From contig CAYTEC010000003.1 of the NCBI GenBank assembly GCA_964436745.1, forward strand, positions 5,879 to 69,878: a stretch of 64,000 nucleotides of DNA, given 5' to 3'. Source of the stretch: an uncultured Dehalococcoidia bacterium. GTDB taxonomy: Bacteria; Chloroflexota; Dehalococcoidia; Lucifugimonadales; UBA1127. Numbering within the stretch: the stretch's first letter is position 1; every line of letters starts with the position of its first letter. This document shows, in pieces, positions 44,651 to 54,372 of this stretch. The position numbers were made by a program, and so were the translations under genes. The notes under the pieces are model-generated. The model saw only the letters and a program-made list of their open reading frames with translations. It searched no databases and was not told the origin of the DNA.

Positions 44651-45441
44651 CGGCCACCCGCCCGCCCGCCGAGCCCCACCGGCGCCGAGACGCCGTTGGC
44701 CACGGGCGGCCGCTCGCCACGATCCCGGTACAGTCGCTCGAGGCCTTTCCGGGTATCGCTCGCAACCCGGGACGGCTCGCCATCGCGCAGCCGCCGGCGG
44801 AATAGCCAGTAGGTGAACAGGGCCGCGTCCGAACCTCGTACGTCCAACTCGCCATCTCCTACATGCTCGGCCCGGAATCGCTCCTCGAGCCGTGATCGCC
44901 CCTCACCGTATACACGGCGGAACGCCTCCTCGGTCACGCGTGACCGCACTGACCTTCCCCGGCTCACGTGCTCCTTGCGGATCTCCTCCCCCGCCGCCAC
45001 CTGCAATGAACCTTCAACCGTCACACCGTACCAGTAGTTCAGGTAGGCCCGGTACTTAGACGTGCCTAGAAGCCTACGCAAGTCCTCCTGCGAGAACTCC
45101 TCCAGAAAGCGCCCTGTCGCAAGTCGTCCGCTGCGGTCCGCCGGAGGGATAAGCCCCTCCACGTCTTCTGCCAGGCGCTGGGCCAACAGGAGCCAGTCGA
45201 ACGCCTCGTCCAGGATCAGATAGCGGAGGCGGCGACCCCTCCAGACCTCCTCGGCCAGGGTCCACAGCCCCATCGCGTAGAGCAGGGCCCGCGGCCACGG
45301 CTCCCCTGCGGCGACGGCGGACCGAAGGTGCGCCAGCGCTTCCAGGCATGCGGGCGGCAGGAGCGCGCCGGTGGAGGGCCTGGCCGGCCGATCCGCGCGC
45401 CGCTCGAAGTGGGGAGGTGGGACGCCTTGGACCTCGTTCAC
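44644..45441 (-). CDS. hypothetical protein (265 aa)
   Basis: The GTG at 45441 overlaps the upstream stop (GTGA). The composition is protein-like (LILDEAFDWLLLAQRL, YRAYLNYWYGVTVEGSL). I recognise no family. Confidence 0.6.
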   Translation of the reverse strand: MNEVQGVPPPHFERRADRPARPSTGALLPPACLEALAHLRSAVAAGEPWPRALLYAMGLWTLAEEVWRGRRLRYLILDEAFDWLLLAQRLAEDVEGLIPPADRSGRLATGRFLEEFSQEDLRRLLGTSKYRAYLNYWYGVTVEGSLQVAAGEEIRKEHVSRGRSVRSRVTEEAFRRVYGEGRSRLEERFRAEHVGDGELDVRGSDAALFTYWLFRRRLRDGEPSRVASDTRKGLERLYRDRGERPPVANGVSAPVGLGGRAGGRW

Positions 45442-45941
45442 GACACGGTCTCCCCCATGCCCGAGACAGCTTTCCGGAGACCGCGCGCGATGCATCCGGC
45501 GGAGCGCTCCCCGGAGCGAGGCAGCCAGCCGACCTCGCCCGAGTCGAGCGCCCGGAGAACGTCCTCGAGGGTGCGCGCGCCGGTGGTCGCGATGATCCGC
45601 CCGGCTGTCCCAGCGCCCACACCAGGCAGCCCCAGTAGGGCCACCGTGTATGGCAGCAGCTGGGCACAGGCTGTATCGTACGCACGCACGTGGCCGGTGG
45701 CGAAGAGTTCGCCCACCTTGGCCGCGATGGCTTCGCCGATCCCTGAAACCTCCGTCAAGTTGCTACCCTCGATCAGCATCGCCTCCAGCGGCTGGCGGAG
45801 CCTCCGAATGGCCTGGGCGCCCTTGCGATAGGCCCGACCCTTGAACACGGAGCCTTCCAGGATCTCCACGAGTCCGGCCAGGCGCTCGAAGAGCTCGGCG
45901 ACCTGCTCGTTAGTGAATGACGGGCCGGCTTCGGCCGCCAT
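45438..45941 (-). CDS. helix-hairpin-helix protein equivalent to the N-terminal 8-kDa + fingers domains of family X DNA polymerases (no palm, thumb or PHP domain)
   Basis: NEQVAELFERLAGLVEILEGSVFKGRAYRKGAQAIRRL...LTEVSGIGEAIAAKVGELFATG...LLGLPGVGAGTAGRI parallels the PolX N-terminus. The ORF ends at 167 aa. Confidence 0.7.
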   Translation of the reverse strand: MAAEAGPSFTNEQVAELFERLAGLVEILEGSVFKGRAYRKGAQAIRRLRQPLEAMLIEGSNLTEVSGIGEAIAAKVGELFATGHVRAYDTACAQLLPYTVALLGLPGVGAGTAGRIIATTGARTLEDVLRALDSGEVGWLPRSGERSAGCIARGLRKAVSGMGETVS

Positions 45942-45959
45942 CAGGGGCCCCCCGCGTCC

Positions 45960-48683
45960 CTAGGCCGCCGCACCGTGGCACTTCTTGTACTTCTTGCCGC
46001 TTCCGCACGGGCACTGGGCGTTCCGGCCGACCTTGGCCCCACCGCTCGGAGCGGTCGCGACCGCCTGGCGCTGCGGCGCCATCGCCGCCATGGGGCTGGG
46101 CCGAACGGCCCGCAGCGCGGGTCCGTGCCGGTGGGGGGCGGCCTGCGGCTGTTGCTGTTGGGTCAGGCTGACGTGGTAGATCGTGTGAGCGATGTCGTGC
46201 TGGATGGATTCGAGCATTGCCTGGAACAGCTCATGGCCCTGGGCGCGATAGGCCACCAGGGGATCGCGCTGCCCGTAGGCCTGCAAGCCCACGCCCTGCC
46301 GCAGATTCTCCATGGTGGTCAGGTGCTGGACCCAGTGAGAGTCGATGGTGCGAAGCATGACCAGTCGCTCCAGCGCCCGCATCATCTCCGGTCCCACCGC
46401 CTCCTCGCGCTGCGCGTACAGGTCGCTGGCGTGTTCCTGCACACGCTCGTGAAGCTCCTCCCCGCTGAGCTGCTCCATCTCCTGTTCATCAAGGTCCGGC
46501 GGAAGAGGAAAGATCACCCGCAGCTCTTTGACCAGCCCATCCAGGTCCCAGCCGCTCGGGTCGCGGCCCACGATGAAGGCGTCCAGGACGGCATCGAGCT
46601 CACCCTCGACCATCGAGAGCACGTTGGTCTTGAGGTCCGCCTCCTCCAGGATCTTCCGCCGCTCGGCGTAGATCACCTCCCGGTGGCGGTTGATCACGTC
46701 GTCGTATTCCACCAAGTTTTTGCGGATCTCGAAGTTGTGGGCCTCCACCTTGGTCTGGACCGTGCCCAGAGCCTTGGTGACCATGCCAGCCTCCAGCGGC
46801 TGGTCCTCCGCGATGCCCATCAGATTCATGAATCCTTTGATCCTGTCGCCCCCGAACCGGCGCATCAGGTCGTCCTCCAGGGAGACGTAGAACCGCGAGT
46901 CCCCTGGGTCCCCCTGGCGCCCGGACCGCCCGCGCAGCTGGTTGTCGATGCGGCGAGCCTCGTGCTTCTCCGTGCCCAGCACGTAGAGCCCCTCTAGCGC
47001 GACCACCCGCTCGTGCTCCACGCGCCAGCGGGCCTGTACCGAGGCCCGGGTCTTCTCCAGCATCTCCGCGGGGGCGGCCTCCGGAGTCGGATAGCCTGCC
47101 TTGCGCAGCTCGTCGGAGAGGTCGCTGTCGGGGTTGCCCCCCAGGATGATGTCCGTGCCGCGACCGGCCATGTTGGTCGCGACGGTCACCGCCCCGGCGC
47201 GCCCGGCGTGGGCGACGATGGTCGCCTCTCGCTCGTGGTTCTTGGCGTTCAGGACCTGGTGCGTGACGCCTCGCTTCAGAAGCATCCCGCTCAACATCTC
47301 CGAGTTTTCGATGGACGTGGTGCCGACAAGGACCGGCCGACCGGCCTCGTGAGCCTCTTCGATGTCGTTGGCGATGGCCTGCCACTTGGCCTGCGAGGAT
47401 TTGAATACAAAGTCCGAGTGGTCACCGCGGACCATCTCTCGATGGGAGGGTATGGGCGCCACTTCCAGTCGGTATATGCGCGTGAACTCCGCGGCTTCCG
47501 TGAGGGCCGTGCCGGTCATCCCGGCCAGCTTCTCGTACATGCGGAAGTAGTTCTGGAGGGTGACGCTGGCGTAGGTGATCGATTCCTGTTGGACCTTCAC
47601 TCCTTCCTTGGCTTCAAGGGCCTGGTGCAGACCGTCCGAGAAGCGGCGTCCTTCCATGAGCCGGCCCGTGAACTCGTCCACCAACACAATGTTGCCGTCC
47701 TGGACCACGTAGTCTCGGTCACGCCCGAATATCACGCGCGCTCGCAGCGCGTTCTCGATGAAGTGGGTCATCTGGTAGTTGCCGGGGTCGTAGAGGTTGT
47801 CGACGCCCAGAGCCTGCTCCATCTTGGCGATCCCCTCCTCCGTGAGCGAGATCGACTTCTGCTTCTCGTCGACCGTGTAGTCGTCCTCCTGCTGGAGCCT
47901 GGGGACCACGCGGGCCATCGTGGAGTAGAGCTGGGTAGCCTCTTGAGCGGCGCCGCTGATGATGAGCGGGGTCCGAGCTTCGTCGATGAGGATGTAGTCC
48001 ACCTCGTCCACGATGGCGTAGTTGAGGCCCCGCTGCACCACGCGGTCCGCATCCACCGCCATGTTGTCGCGAAGGTAGTCGAAGCCGAACTCATGGTTCG
48101 TTCCGTAGGTTATGTCGGCCTCGTACGCATCTCGGCGCGTGATGGGGGTCAGGAACCGCAGGGCCGGCTGGTCCGAAGGCGCATTTGGGCTGTAGATGAG
48201 CGAGCCTTCATGCTGGAGGGACGATACGCTCAGGCCAAGCTGGTGATAGACCGGACCCATCCATTGGACGTCGCGCCTGGCCAGGTAGTCGTTGACGGTC
48301 ACCACGTGGACGCCCTTGCCTGCCAGGGCGTTGAGGTAGACGGCCAGGGGCGCAACGAGCGTTTTCCCCTCGCCGGTCTTCATCTCCGCGATCTTGCCCT
48401 GGTGGAGCACGACCCCGCCGATGATCTGAACGTCGAAGTGGCGCAGGCCGATGGACCGGCGGGAGGCCTCGCGCACGGCCGCGAAGGCCGAGGGCAACAG
48501 ATCGTCCAGGGTTTCGCCAGCGTCGAGGCGGGCCTTCAGGGCTTCCGTGGTATTCCGGAGCTCGTCGTCCGAAAGGGCCTCGAAGCTGGGTTCGAGGTCG
48601 TTGACTTCATCGACTATGGGGCCCATCTTCTTGAGGGCGCCATCGGCACCAGAGCCGAAGAGCTTTGACAGCTTGCCTATCAT
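45960..48683 (-). CDS. secA: preprotein translocase ATPase SecA
   Basis: MKTGEGKTLVAPLAVYLNAL, DEVDYILIDEARTPLIISG, TNMAGRGTDI and the C-terminal zinc motif CPCGSGKKYKKCHG are present. 907 aa. Confidence 0.97.
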   Translation of the reverse strand: MIGKLSKLFGSGADGALKKMGPIVDEVNDLEPSFEALSDDELRNTTEALKARLDAGETLDDLLPSAFAAVREASRRSIGLRHFDVQIIGGVVLHQGKIAEMKTGEGKTLVAPLAVYLNALAGKGVHVVTVNDYLARRDVQWMGPVYHQLGLSVSSLQHEGSLIYSPNAPSDQPALRFLTPITRRDAYEADITYGTNHEFGFDYLRDNMAVDADRVVQRGLNYAIVDEVDYILIDEARTPLIISGAAQEATQLYSTMARVVPRLQQEDDYTVDEKQKSISLTEEGIAKMEQALGVDNLYDPGNYQMTHFIENALRARVIFGRDRDYVVQDGNIVLVDEFTGRLMEGRRFSDGLHQALEAKEGVKVQQESITYASVTLQNYFRMYEKLAGMTGTALTEAAEFTRIYRLEVAPIPSHREMVRGDHSDFVFKSSQAKWQAIANDIEEAHEAGRPVLVGTTSIENSEMLSGMLLKRGVTHQVLNAKNHEREATIVAHAGRAGAVTVATNMAGRGTDIILGGNPDSDLSDELRKAGYPTPEAAPAEMLEKTRASVQARWRVEHERVVALEGLYVLGTEKHEARRIDNQLRGRSGRQGDPGDSRFYVSLEDDLMRRFGGDRIKGFMNLMGIAEDQPLEAGMVTKALGTVQTKVEAHNFEIRKNLVEYDDVINRHREVIYAERRKILEEADLKTNVLSMVEGELDAVLDAFIVGRDPSGWDLDGLVKELRVIFPLPPDLDEQEMEQLSGEELHERVQEHASDLYAQREEAVGPEMMRALERLVMLRTIDSHWVQHLTTMENLRQGVGLQAYGQRDPLVAYRAQGHELFQAMLESIQHDIAHTIYHVSLTQQQQPQAAPHRHGPALRAVRPSPMAAMAPQRQAVATAPSGGAKVGRNAQCPCGSGKKYKKCHGAAA

Positions 48684-48750
48684 CGTTCAAGCACCCCCGT
48701 GGAGGCCCCGTCCGCGGACCCGCGGGCTCCCGCAGTCGCGGCCCGCTTTC

Positions 48751-49710
48751 CTACTTCCCGTCGAACATCTCCCCCACGGAGCGACCCTCGTAGATGCGGC
48801 TGATAGCCTCGCCCAGCAGCGGCGCCACGGTGAGCGTCGTGATCTTGGTCGAGCGCGCCGAGACGGCCTTGGGGAGGGAATCGGTGACCACCATCTCGGT
48901 CACCGCGCTCTTTTCGATCCGCTCTATGCCGGGGCCGGAGAAGACCCCGTGGGTGGAGCACGCGTACACCTCGCGCGCACCCGCGGCAATGACGGCGTTC
49001 ACGGCAGACACCAGCGACCCGGCGGTGTCCGTCTCGTCGTCGAAGGTGATGGCGGTGCAACCGTCCACGTCGCCGATGATGCTAAGCGCCTCGGTGCCGC
49101 CGTCGTTGCCCAGGCGCCGCTTCTCGACTATGGCCAGCGGCGCACCCAGGATGCTCGCCAGGTCCCGCGCCCGCTTGCTGATGCCGATGTCCACCGCGAC
49201 GACGACTGGGTTCTCGATCTGCTTGTCCTGGAAGTACCGAGCCTGGAGCCGCAGGGCTGTCAGCTCGTCCACCGGGATGTTGAAGAAACCCTGGATCTGC
49301 CCAGCGTGGAGGTCCATGGTGAGGAGACGGTCCGCTCCCGCCACGGTGAGCAGGTCCGCCACGAGCCGCGCCGTGATGGGGACTCGCGGCTGGTCCTTCT
49401 TGTCGGTGCGCCCGTAGGCGTAGAACGGCACCACGGCCGTGATCCGCCCCGCGGAGGCCCGCTTGGCGGCGTCGATCATGATCAGCAACTCCATGATGCT
49501 ATCGTTGACCGGGTAGGTGAACGGCTGAACGATGAAGACGTCCTGCTGCCGGATGTTCTCCTGGTATTGCACGAACGTGTTGTCGTTGGCGAATTTGGTG
49601 ACAAGAGCGTCGCCCAACGGGATGTCCAGGTAGTCGCACATCGCCTGCGCCAGGGCCGGGTGGGCGGAGCCGGTGAAGACTTTGAGGTGGTCTAGAGGCG
49701 GCATCGGCAT
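48751..49710 (-). CDS. prs: ribose-phosphate diphosphokinase
   Basis: LKVFTGSAHPALAQAM, VPFYAYGRTDKKD, LTMDLHAGQIQGFF and DDETDTAGS are present. 319 aa. Confidence 0.95.
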   Translation of the reverse strand: MPMPPLDHLKVFTGSAHPALAQAMCDYLDIPLGDALVTKFANDNTFVQYQENIRQQDVFIVQPFTYPVNDSIMELLIMIDAAKRASAGRITAVVPFYAYGRTDKKDQPRVPITARLVADLLTVAGADRLLTMDLHAGQIQGFFNIPVDELTALRLQARYFQDKQIENPVVVAVDIGISKRARDLASILGAPLAIVEKRRLGNDGGTEALSIIGDVDGCTAITFDDETDTAGSLVSAVNAVIAAGAREVYACSTHGVFSGPGIERIEKSAVTEMVVTDSLPKAVSARSTKITTLTVAPLLGEAISRIYEGRSVGEMFDGK

Positions 49711-49856
49711 CCCCTGAAGACAGACTGGCGCTGGCCACCGGGCCTGCCGGCAGCGCCGGCGCTGAGCGCGTTCGCACGATCGGGGCGATTCAGGGAGGTC
49801 CAGGCGGTACGGCCGTCACGCCGCTCGACTCGGGCCGTGTTGAACGATGCCGCCAT
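49692..49856 (-). pseudogene. short remnant of an enoyl-CoA hydratase (crotonase) N-terminus in the prs leader
   Basis: GGGGAGG SD, then ATG at 49856. The product MAASFNTARVERRDGRTAWTSLNRPDRANALSAGA... matches the crotonase opening (v-ER-dG-va-itLNRPe-NALs). It then degenerates and stops at 49692 inside the prs start region. Confidence 0.35.
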
Positions 49857-49893
49857 TGCGCCTCCCCGTTGTGCGTAGGTTCAGAGCCTACGA

Positions 49894-49921
49894 ATTATAG
49901 CATACACCGCGCGGCGGTCAC
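49894..49921 (-). promoter_or_regulatory. putative prs promoter
   Basis: The minus strand reads GTGACC (49921-49916), a 16-nt spacer, then TATAAT (49899-49894). A hairpin GTAGG-ctctgaa-CCTAC follows. Confidence 0.4.
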
Positions 49922-49938
49922 CCACGCGAGCGGCCCCC

Positions 49939-51679
<1,741 letters not shown>

Positions 51680-51688
51680 CGAGGCGGC

Positions 51689-52300
51689 ATGAGCGATCTG
51701 GAGGCCCTGGCCCGGGAGGTGACATCTTGCACCGCCTGCGCCCTGTCTCAAACACGCACCCGCGCCGTCCCTGGAGAGGGGCCGGATCAACCGGAGCTCA
51801 TGTTCATAGGAGAGGGGCCCGGGTACTACGAGGACCAGCAGGGCCGGCCCTTCGTTGGGGCCGCCGGCAAGCTTCTTGAGGAGCTGCTGGCGTCGATCGG
51901 CATGCCGCGGCAGCAGGTGTACATCGCAAACGTTGTAAAGTGCCGCCCCCCCGGCAATCGCGACCCGCTCCCAGCCGAGATCGAGGCGTGCCACGGGTAC
52001 TTGGAGCGGCAGATCGCCCTCCTCCAGCCGAGGGTCATCGTGACGCTAGGGCGATTCTCGCTCACCCAGTTCCTCCCTCGGGAGATGATCTCCCGAGCCC
52101 ACGGCAAGCTCCGACGCTGGAACGGCATCGCCGTATTTCCCCTGTACCACCCTGCAGCCGCCCTCCGCCAACAGAGCATGCGCCAGTTCCTGGAGGAGGA
52201 CATCCGACAGCTTCCAGCGATCTTGGAGCGCCTCCGTGGGGACGGCGAGCCCGAGGCCCCAACAGAAACTGAGGAGCCCCAGCAGCTCCAGCTGCTCTGA
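51689..52300 (+). CDS. uracil-DNA glycosylase, family 4
   Basis: CTACALSQTRTRAVPGEGPDQPELMFIGEGPGYYEDQQGRPFVGAAGKLL and ANVVKCRPPGNRDP are present. 203 aa. Confidence 0.9.
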   Translation: MSDLEALAREVTSCTACALSQTRTRAVPGEGPDQPELMFIGEGPGYYEDQQGRPFVGAAGKLLEELLASIGMPRQQVYIANVVKCRPPGNRDPLPAEIEACHGYLERQIALLQPRVIVTLGRFSLTQFLPREMISRAHGKLRRWNGIAVFPLYHPAAALRQQSMRQFLEEDIRQLPAILERLRGDGEPEAPTETEEPQQLQLL

Positions 52301-52459
52301 TGCTGCGTTCGCCGCGCCGCCTGGCGCGCCACGAGCGCTCCGCCACCCTTAGAACGGCTCATTTCACGGACGTGTCAGCGGACCGCGGTCGCGCGAGGCC
52401 GATGCCACGCGCGCCAGCCGACGCCACGTCCCGGGCTGGGCCGCCGCCCCGCCGCTGAC

Positions 52460-54232
52460 TTGCGGCGCGATCCGAGAGGAGAACCAGAACTGACGATCCA
52501 GCGGATAGGCAAATGGCTAGGCGCCGACCAGCGCCGCACCGATGGAGAGACTCGAGCGACGGTCGACACCAGCGCCTCATCGGGGAAGCTACGGCTCGTT
52601 CCCCTGGGCGGCCTGGGTGAGATCGGCAAGAACATGATGGCCCTGGAGTACGGGGACGACATCGTGGTCATCGACGCCGGCGTGATGTTCCCAGAGGATG
52701 ACATGCCCGGCGTGGATCTGGTCATCCAGGACATCTCGTACCTGTTGGAGCGCGCGGACCGGGTCCGAGGCATCCTGATCACCCACGGCCACGAGGACCA
52801 CACCGGGGCGCTCCCGTTCGTCCTCCCACGGCTCAATGTCCCCGTGTACGCCCCGCGGCTGGCTCACGGCCTTATCGAGGTGAAGCTGCGGGAACGGCGC
52901 GTCCTCAGCAAGGCCGAGCTCCACGAGATCGAGCCGGACGTTCCAATCACGCTGGGCGCGTTCGAAGTGGAGTTCTTCCGCGTGTGCCACAGCATTCCGG
53001 ACGCCATGGGCTTGGCCATTCGGACCCCCGCGGGACTCGTAATTCACTCCGGCGACTTCAAGATCGACCACACGCCCGTGGACAACATGCCCACGGACTT
53101 CGTCAGGCTGGCGGAGATCTGCGGGGAGGGCGTCCTGCTCCTGATGTCGGACTCCACCTATGCCGAGGTCCCCGGTTACACCCCCTCCGAGAGGCTCCTC
53201 GACGAGTCGCTGGACCGGCTCATCGCAGCGGCGCCGGGCAGGGTGATGGTCGCCACCTTCGCGTCGCTCATCTCCAGGGTTCAGCAGGTCATCAACGCCG
53301 CCGTGGCCCACGGCAGGAAGGTCGCCGTGGTGGGCCGCAGCATGGTCGACAACGTGGCGATGGCCCAGAAGATGGGCTACCTTTGGGCGCCCGACGGAAT
53401 GATTCGGCCGCTTGCCGAGCTCAAGAACCTGCCCCCGGAAGAGGTGCTCATCATCACCACGGGCAGCCAGGGGGAGCCGACCTCCGGCCTGGTCCGCATC
53501 GCGAAGGGGGAGCACCGGGACATCCGCGTGATGCCGGAAGACACGATCATCGTGTCGGCGTCGCCCATTCCCGGCAATGAGATCGTGGTGGCCCGCACCA
53601 TCGATAACCTCCTCCGCAAGGGCGCTCACGTCCTCCACTCCGGCAACGCCGATGTCCACGTCCACGGCCACGCGAGCCGGGAGGAGCTCAAGGTCTTCGT
53701 GCGGATCGTGCGCCCGCAGTTCTTCGTCCCCGTCCACGGGGAGTACCGCCACCTGGTGGCCCATGCTGATCTGGCCCGCACAATGGGGGTGCCCGAGGAC
53801 GGGGTCTTTGTGTTGGAGGACGGCGATGTCCTTGAAGTGTCCGCCGAGGGCGGCGACATCGTCGACCGGTTTCCCTGCGGCCACACCTTCGTTAGCGGTC
53901 CCCACCTGCTCGACGAGGACAGCGACCTTCTCCGCGACCGTCAGGCCCTCTCCAAGGACGGCATCGTGGTCGTGGCCCTGGCGGTCGACCCGGCCACGGG
54001 CTTGCTGGCGCGCCATCCGCGGCTCCGCGCCCACGGGTTCGTGGAGGTCGCGGACGCCCAGGAAATGTGGGTTGAGGCCGTCCAGCACCTGATGGACGGC
54101 CTGGACCGGGACTGGCTGTTGCCGGACCAAGAGGACGAGCTGGCGACGAAGGCCAGGGAGCTCCTGGGCCGCTTTCTGTACCAGCGAACCAGGCGTCGCC
54201 CCACGATCCTCCCCGTCGTCGTGCCCACGTAG
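52460..54232 (+). CDS. rnj: ribonuclease J
   Basis: LRLVPLGGLGEIGKNMMALEY and ITHGHEDHTGALPF (beta-lactamase HxHxDH) are present, with beta-CASP and C-terminal domains. The start is uncertain: it is a TTG at 52460 with no in-frame ATG or GTG closer to the conserved core. Confidence 0.9.
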   Translation: MRRDPRGEPELTIQRIGKWLGADQRRTDGETRATVDTSASSGKLRLVPLGGLGEIGKNMMALEYGDDIVVIDAGVMFPEDDMPGVDLVIQDISYLLERADRVRGILITHGHEDHTGALPFVLPRLNVPVYAPRLAHGLIEVKLRERRVLSKAELHEIEPDVPITLGAFEVEFFRVCHSIPDAMGLAIRTPAGLVIHSGDFKIDHTPVDNMPTDFVRLAEICGEGVLLLMSDSTYAEVPGYTPSERLLDESLDRLIAAAPGRVMVATFASLISRVQQVINAAVAHGRKVAVVGRSMVDNVAMAQKMGYLWAPDGMIRPLAELKNLPPEEVLIITTGSQGEPTSGLVRIAKGEHRDIRVMPEDTIIVSASPIPGNEIVVARTIDNLLRKGAHVLHSGNADVHVHGHASREELKVFVRIVRPQFFVPVHGEYRHLVAHADLARTMGVPEDGVFVLEDGDVLEVSAEGGDIVDRFPCGHTFVSGPHLLDEDSDLLRDRQALSKDGIVVVALAVDPATGLLARHPRLRAHGFVEVADAQEMWVEAVQHLMDGLDRDWLLPDQEDELATKARELLGRFLYQRTRRRPTILPVVVPT

Positions 54233-54372
54233 GAGGCCCGGGGCCGCCCTGGCCTCGGTTCTCCCCCGCGTGGGGGCGCGCGCGGAACCCCTGACCCCGG
54301 TTCCACGTTGTTGTGTGTAGGACCCCTCATCTCCTGAGGGGACGTGTGCCGTTGCCACCGGGGGTTGTCGTT

